Assembly: GCA_001600695.1 (NCBI GenBank)
Contig: BCKQ01000011.1
Span: 367,091-431,090 of the forward strand
Direction: 5' to 3'
DNA length: 64,000 nucleotides
Origin: Ascoidea asiatica JCM 7603
Taxonomy: Eukaryota; Fungi; Ascomycota
Part shown: piece after piece, positions 11,140 to 21,899 of the stretch
How the letters are laid out: every line of letters starts with the position of its first letter
How positions within the stretch are numbered: the stretch's first letter is position 1
The notes under the pieces: model-generated
What the model saw: only the letters and a program-made list of their open reading frames with translations
What the model was told of the DNA's origin: nothing
Databases searched by the model: none
Position numbers and translations under genes: made by a program

Positions 11140-13014
11140 CTAATTGAAATCAATAAGTGTAGTGACTGAAGTAGAAAGATTTGTTTTTGAAACCTTTAAT
11201 GGAATATTTCCAACAATTAAAGTATTTAATTTATTCAATCCTTTAATGGATATAATTTCATCGATTAGTTTTTTATAAAAATGCATTGAGACTATTTGAA
11301 AATCATTCAAATCTGAGAATATATCTAAGTTATTAACTTTATAAATATTATTTGCTTCATCAAGATTAATTAAAGGAAATGAATAAATTTCATTATAAAA
11401 AGTATTTGAATCTAAAGATTTTGAGATTAAATTATTTGGAAGTAATTTGTTTATAAATTTATTTTGATAAAAATCATTTAATTGATTTAAAACTTTTAAA
11501 TTTTTTATAACATTTTCAAATTTTGTTAATAATTCAACTTTTCCTGTATAATTTTCATTTTCATTAATATCTAAATGAGAACTATGAATTGGAAATAATT
11601 TCTTTTCAATATTATTTAAAAATTTTGAACATGTTAAACATTGACAAGTATTTATATCTTTTGAATTTAAAAATTGCTTTTTATCTATATTTAAATTTTC
11701 AAATTTTGTTGTAATATAATCAATAAATAAATAATAAAAAAGATTTGGTCTTGTATTATCAAACATAATATTAATATAATTTAAATTTGAATTAAAGTTA
11801 TTTAAATTGATATATTTGAAAGAATTTAAAATTTCTCCATAAAATGAATTTGAATAAGTTAAATCGTTTAAAAATAATTTTGTATCTTCAATTGAATTGA
11901 AATAATAAAAAGGTGATAAACCATTGAATTTTAAAGATAAATTTGTTAAATTTGGTAAAAAATTTTGATTGAAGATAAATTTAAAGAAGTTATTTGAAAC
12001 CTTTAAATCAATTGATGATAGATTATTTATTTTGATTTCTTTCAAGTTTTGATAAATATTATTATTATTATTAGTAGTATTATTATTATTATTGGTAGTA
12101 TTAGTATTGAAATTGAAATTATTATTTATTATATTATTTGAATTTAAATTAATTATCAATTTTTTGATATAAATTGAACCAATTAACTTCTTTAATGAAA
12201 TATTGTTATTTGAATAAATATCTAATTGATCATTATCAAAATTATTGAGATTATTAGAATTTTCAATATCATTATTTAAAATTAAGGTTAGATTTTTCTT
12301 TTTTGGATTAAATTTTAATAAATGATTTATAATTTTATTGATTTGAATATTAAATGAATCATTTGAAGAAGTTTTCAAGAAAATCAGATGAATATTAATA
12401 TATTTGAATTTAAAATTATTGATTGAATCTAATTGAGGTAAAAATAAATTTGAGTTTTGAATAAGATTTTTAGTTGAAATATTATTTAAATTACTAGTAG
12501 AATTATTATTATATTTTAAAAAATCATTTAAAAATGGAATATTATTAAAATCTATATTGAAATCAAGATTTCTCTCTTCAATTAAAGGTAAAATTTTATT
12601 AAATAATAGATTCAAGGAATTGAAATATAAATTAATTTGATTAATATTTAAATTTTTGTCAAAGATTATATCTATAAAGATATTTTCAATAAAAGTTATA
12701 TAAATTGAATTATTCATTAGATTATTATATAAATTATTTAAATTTTCATAGAAGTTTAATAAATTAGAACTATTATTTTTGAGAAAAGTCCAAAATTTAT
12801 CAAAATGAGAATCTTGTTCATTTTTATATAATAAATTTAAATTATAATTTTGAATGAATAAATTTTTATAAATTTTTCTCATTGATAAGAAATTTAAATA
12901 TTTATTTGATAGAGATAAGTTTAATACATCATTTTGATTTAAAATTTTTGAATTTAAAATAATAAAAATTATATTTGAAGGTAAAATTTTTGTTAAACAT
13001 TTATTATTTTTCAT
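11140..13014 (-). CDS. Putative F-box protein
   Basis: N-terminal LTKILPSNIIFIILNSKILNQNDVLNLSLSNKYLNFLSMRKIYKNL fits the F-box pattern (LP..I..I....L...D...L...K....Y); LRR-like LPNLTNLSL; CQCLTC motif; 624 open codons. Confidence 0.55.
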   Translation of the reverse strand: MKNNKCLTKILPSNIIFIILNSKILNQNDVLNLSLSNKYLNFLSMRKIYKNLFIQNYNLNLLYKNEQDSHFDKFWTFLKNNSSNLLNFYENLNNLYNNLMNNSIYITFIENIFIDIIFDKNLNINQINLYFNSLNLLFNKILPLIEERNLDFNIDFNNIPFLNDFLKYNNNSTSNLNNISTKNLIQNSNLFLPQLDSINNFKFKYINIHLIFLKTSSNDSFNIQINKIINHLLKFNPKKKNLTLILNNDIENSNNLNNFDNDQLDIYSNNNISLKKLIGSIYIKKLIINLNSNNIINNNFNFNTNTTNNNNNTTNNNNNIYQNLKEIKINNLSSIDLKVSNNFFKFIFNQNFLPNLTNLSLKFNGLSPFYYFNSIEDTKLFLNDLTYSNSFYGEILNSFKYINLNNFNSNLNYINIMFDNTRPNLFYYLFIDYITTKFENLNIDKKQFLNSKDINTCQCLTCSKFLNNIEKKLFPIHSSHLDINENENYTGKVELLTKFENVIKNLKVLNQLNDFYQNKFINKLLPNNLISKSLDSNTFYNEIYSFPLINLDEANNIYKVNNLDIFSDLNDFQIVSMHFYKKLIDEIISIKGLNKLNTLIVGNIPLKVSKTNLSTSVTTLIDFN

Positions 13015-14124
13015 TTTGATTAGTGTGATAAGTGATAAGTGATAAGTGATTAGATTATATTAGATTAGATTAGATTAGATTAGATAGGAGCTGGGAAATA
13101 AGAAATGATAGTTAAGAAATAAGAAATAAAAGGTTGAAAGGAAATTATAAATTCACAGGAAAAGAAGTATTTATATTGAAATTTATTTGGTGAGAAATGA
13201 TCAAATGATTGAATCATTTGATAAAAGACTAAAAAATAAAGAATCAAAAGATAATTGAATAAAATATTTTATAAAATATGTGTTATAATATTTGAATATG
13301 AAAAAAAAGGTAAAGAAACTGCATTTTTAGAGGGAAAATTACCTTATCTAACTTTGTTATTAGTGTTTGTTTGTATTTGTTTTGGAGTAAAAGAGGATAA
13401 ATTTCAATAACAAAGAAATAATGAAAGAAGTAATGAAAGTAAATAAATGTAAATAACAAATTGACAGGATTTAAAAGAATATTATTTAAGTAATCAAATA
13501 AGGTATAAAGATATGATTATTTAAATAGATAAAATGGGTAAATGAATCAGGTTTAAACAAATTTGAATAACATATGAATATATTTGAGTCAAATTTGAAT
13601 AAAATATTATTTAAATTCGTAATTAATTAGTTATTTTTAATTTTTTATTATTATTTTACTATTATTTTACTATTCTTTTAGATATATTAAAGTGGGATTA
13701 AAATCTTGACTTCTTTAATGTCAGTTTAATAGTTGATATCAACTGATGGTAAATATTGTATGGATAATAAATATTATATTTATTTTATATAATCACACAA
13801 TTACAGATATAATTACAAATATAATCATTAAAATGTCTATTACTACAAAAAGCTTTTCTTTTTTTTTTTAAATTATAAATATCTAATATACATTATAATA
13901 AACAAAAACATACAAAATATCTTATAAAGATAAGAGAAATAAGGGAAAAAAATAGAGAAAATTATATATGTAAAAAAAAATAGGAGAATAAGGGAAAGAA
14001 TATTATAAAATAGTAAAAAGTAGTTAAGATTAACATAAAATCAATAAAAGAAAAGAATAAAAGAATAAAACCAAAATATAATTTTAAATTCTAATAGTAA
14101 TAAGTTTATAGATTAAACAATTGA

Positions 14125-14523
14125 TTAAGAGGAAGAAGAATATTTAGTAACAGCTCTTGTACCTTCAGATACAGCATGTTTTGCTAATTCACCAGGTAAA
14201 ATTAATCTAACAGCAGTTTGAATTTCTCTTGCACTTATAGTTGATTTTTTATTATAAACAGCTAATTTTGAAGCTTCTCCTGCAATTCTTTCAAATATAT
14301 CATTAACAAATGAATTCATAATTGACATTGCTTTTTTAGACATTCCAGTATCAGGATGAGTTTGTTTTAAAACTTTATAGATATATGAAGAATATGTTTC
14401 TTTTCTTGTTTTTGATCTTTTTTTCATTGGTTCACCAGTTGAAGATGGTGCAGTTTTTTTAGCAGCAGTTTTTGCTGGAGCTTTTGAAGCTGGTTTTTTT
14501 TCAGATGCAACTTTTGGAGCCAT
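14125..14523 (-). CDS. HTB1: Histone H2B
   Basis: [67 protein letters not shown]. Confidence 0.99.
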   Translation of the reverse strand: MAPKVASEKKPASKAPAKTAAKKTAPSSTGEPMKKRSKTRKETYSSYIYKVLKQTHPDTGMSKKAMSIMNSFVNDIFERIAGEASKLAVYNKKSTISAREIQTAVRLILPGELAKHAVSEGTRAVTKYSSSS

Positions 14524-14699
14524 TTTAAAGATAATGAATATGAATTTGAATGATGATTGTTATAATAATAATAATAATAATAATAGTAATCTAAGGATTA
14601 TATTGATAATATGAACTCAAGAATAAGAGAATAAATAATTAATAAATAATTGATAAATAAAAATCAAAAAGCATTTTCAAAAACAATCTCAGATCTCAA

Positions 14700-15070
14700 A
14701 TGACGAGTGATTTCGCTGTTTTTATACGGCAGCGACGGGCTGGCGCAAAACGCGTCGCAGCACACGAAAACAGCAGAAAAACACCAAAAAACACCAAAAC
14801 AAAAACAGTGCAAAACAACAACAAACAAAACTAAAACAAAAACGCGCGGCCTGATAATTACAACAGCTGCGGAATATCTCAGCACGGCTATTTTTTGTCA
14901 AAATCCGCAATCCTGGCACTTTTCTGCCCGGATCCGGTGCTGATCCGCTATCAGTCTGCGTAGTTTTCAGAATGCCTGGAATATCGTAGCACCGACGCGT
15001 AACTGGAAAAAGCTTTTGCGCGTGGAGATTGTATGAAAAGACTTGAAAACTCGTAGATGTGGAAAATGAT
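14700..15070. promoter_or_regulatory. Bidirectional histone promoter with MCB (ACGCGT at 14750-14755 and 14995-15000) and SCB (CACGAAAA at 14763-14770)
   Basis: GC-rich block between divergent H2B and H2A; exact G1/S motifs read from the sequence. Confidence 0.7.
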
Positions 15071-15242
15071 CGAAAATAAATATAAATATTGATGAAGAGA
15101 ACCTTTTTTGGATTTATTTATTTTATTTTAGATTTCCATAATCATTTATTTGAAAATATCTTTTAAAACTGAAATATATTCTTATAATATTCTAATAGAA
15201 TCTAATATAATCTAATATTTATACAATTATCAATCAATAATA

Positions 15243-15644
15243 ATGTCTGGAGGTAAAGGTAAAGCTGGTGGTAAAGCAGGTTCTGAAAAGACTTCAACTA
15301 CAAGATCTGCAAAAGCAGGTTTAACATTCCCAGTTGGTAGAATTCATAGATTATTAAAAAAAGGTAATTATGCTCAAAGAGTTGGTTCTGGTGCACCAGT
15401 TTATTTAACTGCTGTATTAGAATATTTAGCTGCAGAAATTTTAGAATTAGCTGGTAATGCTGCTAGAGATAATAAAAAAACAAGAATTATTCCAAGACAT
15501 TTACAATTAGCAATTAGAAATGATGAAGAATTAAATAAATTATTAGGTAATGTTACAATTGCTGAAGGTGGTGTATTACCAAATATTCATCATACTTTAT
15601 TACCAAAAAAGACTGCAAAACCAAAAGCTTCTCAAGAATTATAA
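15243..15644 (+). CDS. HTA1: Histone H2A (SQEL tail; Glu at the Q105-equivalent position)
   Basis: [65 protein letters not shown]; ends KASQEL. Confidence 0.99.
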   Translation: MSGGKGKAGGKAGSEKTSTTRSAKAGLTFPVGRIHRLLKKGNYAQRVGSGAPVYLTAVLEYLAAEILELAGNAARDNKKTRIIPRHLQLAIRNDEELNKLLGNVTIAEGGVLPNIHHTLLPKKTAKPKASQEL

Positions 15645-16184
15645 TCAATTTAATTAATTAATTAATTATATATTTATTTATTTATTTCATTTGTATACTA
15701 TTTATTCTATTTTCTTTTCTTCTTAACTCTCTTACTTTATATGTCTTTTAACCAATTTTCCCCCTATCTTATCCTATTTTATAATCTCTTTATATTCTTT
15801 TAATGTTATTTTAAATTGATTAATAAATCTACATAAATATTTAACAACTTATTGATTGATTGATTGGTATTATTTATTAAATGAAAAAATAAAAAAAAAA
15901 AAAGTAAAATATGCAAATTAATGATTAAATTATTAAGAAAAACTTATAAAATAATAAAAAAAAAAAAATAAAAAATATAAGAAAATTAGCAAGCGGAGAA
16001 TTAACAAATAAATAAAAACATGAAAGGCCAAGGAAATACAAAATACAAAATGAAATTGAAATTGAAATTGAAGATTTTGAGAATGAATGATTATGAATTA
16101 AATCATTGATTGAATAATAGCAAAAAGTTTGAGATTAAGATTGGAATAATATAATATAATATGATATAATGAAGATATAAAATA

Positions 16185-17174
16185 TTACATTTCTTGAATT
16201 GGAAAACCACGTTTTTCTAATTCATGAACAGTCCAAAGCCAAGTATTTGCAGCATTATCAATATTTGAAGCAATTTTACTTGGTTCAGATTCTTTACCAT
16301 TTGTAATAAAATATTTTCCATTATCATTTTCTGGATTTAAATCATTTGATAAAGCACATTTTAATGTTGGATAAGAACCTTGTTCATTAGTTACACCAAA
16401 AAAATAACCAAAAATTTGAAAAAAAATCCAAAAAATTATACCAATTAATGGTAAACTTGTCCAATATGTAAATAAATTTGTATTCATTACAAAACCTGGA
16501 TGAACTGCAACACATAAAATTTTTGGATTTTTTATTGATAACATTTTAATAAATTGTATACCAGAAGTTTTTGCTAAAGCATATCTAAACCATGTAAAAA
16601 TTATATTTGGATAAAAATTAAAAGTTGAATTTAAATTAAATTTTAAAAATTCAATTCTATGACCAATTGAAGATATATAAATTATTCTTGAATTATAATT
16701 ATTATTAATTAAAGGTAATAATCTTTGAGTTAATAAAAAATGAGAAATATAATTAGTTTGTAATTGAATTTCAAAACCATTAATAGTTTTACTAAATGGT
16801 AAAGCCATAACACCAGCATTATTAATTAATAAATTTAAATTTTTTTCTAAAATTTTAAAATTATTTGAAGAAATTTCAATTGTATTTAAATCACATAAAT
16901 CAAGATATAAAAATTTTAATTCACCACATTTTTTAATTTTTAATTCATTTTTTGAATAAAAAATTCTTCTTCTTAAAGCTTCATTTTTAATTTCATTTAT
17001 TGCTTTTTCAACTCTTTTTTTATTTCTACCACCAATATAAACAATATAACCATGTAAATATAAATGTAAAACTGTAAACCAACCAATACCACTATTACCA
17101 CCAGTTATTAAAGCAACTCTTCTATCAATATCTGGATTAATATAAGGTAATTGATCTGGATCAAAATCACTCAT
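16185..17174 (-). CDS. ENV9: Short-chain dehydrogenase/reductase Env9
   Basis: LPY..P...VALITGGNSGIGWFTVLHLYLHG, NNAGVMA, FTWFRYALAK (YxxxK), VHPGFVMNTNLF.YWT.LP match Env9. Confidence 0.93.
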   Translation of the reverse strand: MSDFDPDQLPYINPDIDRRVALITGGNSGIGWFTVLHLYLHGYIVYIGGRNKKRVEKAINEIKNEALRRRIFYSKNELKIKKCGELKFLYLDLCDLNTIEISSNNFKILEKNLNLLINNAGVMALPFSKTINGFEIQLQTNYISHFLLTQRLLPLINNNYNSRIIYISSIGHRIEFLKFNLNSTFNFYPNIIFTWFRYALAKTSGIQFIKMLSIKNPKILCVAVHPGFVMNTNLFTYWTSLPLIGIIFWIFFQIFGYFFGVTNEQGSYPTLKCALSNDLNPENDNGKYFITNGKESEPSKIASNIDNAANTWLWTVHELEKRGFPIQEM

Positions 17175-17175
17175 C

Positions 17176-17207
<32 letters not shown>

Positions 17208-18003
17208 TTGAATATTATAAGATTAAATGAATTGAATTGAATAAATGGTTTGATTTGAAATGAAATGAATATTGAATTATAAGTAAAATATTGAAAAAAT
17301 TTAAGTGGGCGCTAAAGAATTAAAATGATAATCAATAATCAATAATCAATAATAAATAGAATTGAAAACGATAAAGAATTAAACGAATATTGAATAAAAT
17401 AAGTAGATAAAGTATTCAATTTAAATATATTTATAATAATATTGTATTATTAATAAAGAGTCGTTCGATTAAAGAAATTTCTAAATGTTTAAGCTTAAAC
17501 GAGATTTTCTTTTTCTTTTTATTTTTCTTAAATTTTTATACTTTTTTTTTTATACTTTTTTAAATAAGTTACTTAATTCTCTTAAGTTATATTCTAAAAG
17601 TATGCAGATTGAGTTCTTTTAGTTGATTAATATGATTAATATGATTGGTATTACTAAATATGTTATTATTTATATTAGAGAAAATGATTATGAATAAAGG
17701 ATAAAACGACTGTAGGATTGAAAATGAAAATGAAAATGATAAAGGTGGTTGTGGTTGTGGATGTGGTTGTGGTTGATTAATAATGAAGTTGATGAAATTG
17801 GTGAATTTGAAACTGATTAAAGGGAAGTGATTGAATTCTCTACGGTTGTTTTTCATATTATTTGAGAAAATGCAAGCAATTTGATATCATTCAGTAATAG
17901 AAACAGCAATTCAACTGCCAGTAACGCGTACACTCAGTCAACTAGCTTTCTGCGCTGTCTCGAGTCGTTTTTGGCTGTGCAGCTCAAGAAACGAGGCAGC
18001 AGC

Positions 18004-18033
18004 GGAAATGGAAATGGAAATGGAAATGGAAAT
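18004..18033 (+). repeat. (GGAAAT)5 tandem repeat in the ENV9 promoter island
   Basis: Five exact copies read directly. Confidence 0.9.
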
Positions 18034-18975
18034 GGATTGGGACGCGATTTGGCCGTGATTGGGAAGCAGCGTTGGGGCAGGCGGTGGGTGGAGCGCGAGG
18101 CGTCGGAAGGAGCGGCGGAGCTAGGCACTGTGATTGTTAATCATTTTATTGTTTTATTAGCATTGTCTTCGAGTATTCTGGGCTATTCTTAGACTTTCTA
18201 AGATTGCATAGATTGTTCTACGACTACATTCTATTGCGTTCTCAGAACTTCCGTGTGCATGTTAAATGTACTGGAATCTTCGTGTTTGTTCTTAGAATGA
18301 CGTAGTGTCTTCTAAAACAATACTTTATTTTATTTCTTTTCTTAAGTATGGGAAGTGAACTTTTGTTTATAATTTGAATTAGATATCTTCTTAGTAATAA
18401 TTAGATATTTCGTTCGAACTACAATCAGCTGCTGTTCTCCGTCTCTGGCGGCTGCGCAGTTGCCGACTCCGTCAAACAGCCTGCGAAAAACAAATCCCGT
18501 AACTAAAAAAGTTACCGACCATAAAAACTGTATCACGTGTAATAATATTTAATCTGAGACCGCTTTTATGGATGTTTAATCATTTTTTATTTCTCTATCA
18601 TTTCATTGACTGTATGTTCTAATGAATTTGATGAATTTGAAGCATTTGGTGAATTTGGTGAATTTGGTGAAATATTAAAACGTTTAAAGATCAAAAGAGT
18701 TAAAAATATTAAATTAAATAATTATATTAAATAAATATAAAGGAGAGAATAAATTGTTATAATAAAAGCATAAAGCATATCAAAACTTATAAAAAAAAAT
18801 ACAAAAAGTACAAATTTTTTTTAATAAAAATACAAAACAGAGTCTTTTTTTTCTAAAAGACAATTACTTAAATTTCTGAAATAGAAAAATAAAAAAGAAA
18901 TAAAATAAATAAAACAAAAGTAATAAATAAGTTGATTAATTATATTGTAGATTATAAATCATAAATTATATTTAT

Positions 18976-20214
18976 TTATTCAGTTTTATTTTTATTCCAA
19001 GATAAATAACTTGAATCACCTGTTTTTCTTGGAGAAATTAAATGAATAACTAAGAAAAATATTGATAATATAAAACATATACCACCAACAACAATCCATG
19101 CAATACCTAAAAATGAATTTTTACCACCAATTACAGATCTTGAAGATAAATAAATATATTTTTTACCATTAAAATCTTTAACAGGCCAATGTAATCCAAT
19201 TACAATTTCATATGTACCTTTTTTCATAATTTCATTATCATTTCTATAATATAAATTTGAAAATGTTGGTAAAGCTGCTGCATGCATCCAATTTTGAAAT
19301 TCATACCATTTTGAAATATCTGGTATATTACTTTCATTATAACCATTTGGAAATTTTTTAATCCAATTTGGTGGTGGAGTAATTTCATCATAATTATATT
19401 TAGTTTTTTTAAATCTATTTTTATCTGTTGACCATGAAATACCATTTTGAGTCATTAAATAATTTTCTATAGTTTTATTAATACCTTTTGGAATTGTAAA
19501 AGTATCATTAAATATTGAATTTGCAATTAAACCACATGGATAATATTTTATACCTTTTGAATTTTCACTTAATGGTTCACAATTTTCTCCAACTGTATTT
19601 TTAATTAAATCTAAACTTGCAGCTTTACCATTTAATTGATCTTCACTAAATGATGTAACATATCTTCTATGATTTGCATAAAAATTTTTTAATTTATAAA
19701 AAAAATAAATTGGTGAACCAAAATTATTTGGTATTTCAAATTGTAATTTACATAAACCATTTTCAATTTTATCTGATTCACTTTCATTAATTGAATATTT
19801 CCATTGTGGTTTTAAATTAATATTATTTTTAAATCTATAATTATAATAAATTTCTGGAATTTCAGAATAATTATCTTCATTTGCTAAATTTTCACAATCT
19901 GTATATTCAATTGTTAAATCTTCAACTTTATTTGAACCATATAACATTGCAGCTCCTAAAGGTATAAAAATTATTGAAATTACTAATAATAATGGTATAA
20001 CAGTTTTTGGAGTTATAATTGGATAATAAGCTTTTAATCTTTGTTGAGTAAAACTAGTTTCAATTGGTCTTCTATTTTTAACTTTTGGTTTTTTATCTAA
20101 TTCATCATCTGAATCTGACATTGAATTATTATCAATATCATTTTCATTTTCATTTTCATTTTCATTTTCATTATTATTTTTATTATTATGTTTTACACCC
20201 AATTTTTTTAACAT
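18976..20214 (-). CDS. LEM3: Cdc50-family flippase subunit Lem3
   Basis: KNRRP..FTQQRL, ANHRRYV.SFSEDQ, YYPCGLIANS.FNDT, IGLHWPV..FNGKK and LSWN. SFSEDQ and IGLHWPV are Lem3-type rather than Cdc50-type. Confidence 0.9.
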   Translation of the reverse strand: MLKKLGVKHNNKNNNENENENENENDIDNNSMSDSDDELDKKPKVKNRRPIETSFTQQRLKAYYPIITPKTVIPLLLVISIIFIPLGAAMLYGSNKVEDLTIEYTDCENLANEDNYSEIPEIYYNYRFKNNINLKPQWKYSINESESDKIENGLCKLQFEIPNNFGSPIYFFYKLKNFYANHRRYVTSFSEDQLNGKAASLDLIKNTVGENCEPLSENSKGIKYYPCGLIANSIFNDTFTIPKGINKTIENYLMTQNGISWSTDKNRFKKTKYNYDEITPPPNWIKKFPNGYNESNIPDISKWYEFQNWMHAAALPTFSNLYYRNDNEIMKKGTYEIVIGLHWPVKDFNGKKYIYLSSRSVIGGKNSFLGIAWIVVGGICFILSIFFLVIHLISPRKTGDSSYLSWNKNKTE

Positions 20215-20878
20215 TTTGAAAAAATCTATATCAAAATGATATCTTTATATATCTATTTATATATAAAAATATATGAAGATATTTATATATAAAATATATA
20301 AAATGCCTAAGTGATAAATAAATAAGACCTTTTTAAGTTGTTTTATCTTTTAATATTTTTCTTTTGAATTAATATTTATGAATATATCTATGAATATTTA
20401 ATATTTTAATATTTCAATCAGTAATGAAATATATTGATAATATTGATATTGATATTGATATTGATATTGATAATGGTAGCGTAGAGTAAGTAAGTAATGA
20501 CAAAGCACGGGTTAAAAAGATAGATAAATGGATAGCTATTGAAGTGATGGAAATAAAGCCTCCATCCGTGAAGCCCGGGAAGGGGTACCACAAGAATGGT
20601 CTCTGTTAGATCAAAATCACATTTTATTACGTAATGTACTGGATATAAATAAATAATTAATTAATTCATTTATATCTATTTAATTTATTTTGTTTATGTT
20701 TATGTTTATTTTTATTTATATTTTTATAGAATAATTACAGAAAAGAAAATGAGCAAGGAAAGATAAAGAGAAGTTAAGATAAAGTAAAGTAAATAAGAAA
20801 GACTTGAGAGAATATAAAGAATTGAAAAGGAACTGAAATGAAATAGAGTAGTAATCCATCAATTAAATAATGAAGAAA

Positions 20879-21226
20879 TTAATAATTAATTGTTGATAAA
20901 AACTGCTGTTTTGCAAAAGGTATTGAAATATTTGATTCATTTGAATTTAAAGAATTTGTTGAATTAATTGAATATTTTCTATTTTTAAAACAATTATTAA
21001 TATTTTTATAATCATAATTATTATTATTATTATCATCACTTTCATAATCACTTTCAGAAGATATATTTTCCATAATACTACCTAATGAATACCTTTTAAT
21101 TGAATTTAAATTATTTAAATCATTTGAAATATTAACTAATACAGGTTTTGATTCTTCATTACCTAAACAAAGATATTTAACAGATTCACCATTGATATTA
21201 TAACCTTTAGTATATTGAGATAACAT
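20879..21226 (-). CDS. Small hypothetical protein (115 aa)
   Basis: ATG in A-rich context (TAAAAATG), host-like codon usage, ordered-looking termini and two basic-basic-X-Ser motifs (KRYS, RKYS). Confidence 0.6.
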   Translation of the reverse strand: MLSQYTKGYNINGESVKYLCLGNEESKPVLVNISNDLNNLNSIKRYSLGSIMENISSESDYESDDNNNNNYDYKNINNCFKNRKYSINSTNSLNSNESNISIPFAKQQFLSTINY

Positions 21227-21681
21227 TTTAATTATAATTATTATAGTAAATAGAATATTTGTAATTATATTGAAATTTAATTGAATGTAATAAAATTGAA
21301 TAATTTTTTAAATAATATTAAAGAATTAATAATTAATAATTAAAAATTAAAAATTAAAAATTTAATTTAAATTGAATATTTAAGTTATATTTATATAAAA
21401 ATTTAAATAGATTAAATACATTATTGTTACTTATTATAGTTAAGATTTTTTGAATGATATTAATGATTCGATCATTATTAGTAACTTTATTAATTTCAAT
21501 CAATAAAAGGGAAGTCTAGTTCATTATTTCCATTATTTCCATTAAATTCATAAAATAGATATAAAATATATATAAAATATATATAAAATAATCATAGAGT
21601 ATAGAAACTAATAGTTAATAAAGTAGTTAATGACTTGAATTGAGTTCATTTACTAAGAAGGTTCAGTAGTCGAATAATCCG

Positions 21682-21899
21682 TGAGTCACTCTGGTATACA
21701 TTATTAAAAGAGTTAATGTTAAAGAGATGAGCACTTAAATTCTTTGGTTATTTCGTGATCAAAAAAGTGTGTAAAATGAGCATTGTAAATGATTAATTTT
21801 AGTGACATCAAAATACTTCATTTTTTATTAATTAGATTAAATATTATATTTATGTTATATTTATGTTATTATTCTTTTAAATGTCACATAAATGAGTCA
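21682..21899. promoter_or_regulatory. Two Gcn4/AP-1 sites TGAGTCA (21682-21688, 21893-21899)
   Basis: Exact matches about 460 and 670 bp upstream of the 115-aa ORF. Confidence 0.45.

Noticed and set aside
13731-13744. 14-bp perfect palindrome AGTTGATATCAACT
   Set aside because: Single occurrence with no supporting context; plausible by chance.
18532-18700. RTCACRTG sites as CDEI of a point centromere
   Set aside because: None is followed by a CDEII-length AT tract and a CCG-containing CDEIII; all lie in promoter-like intergenic DNA.
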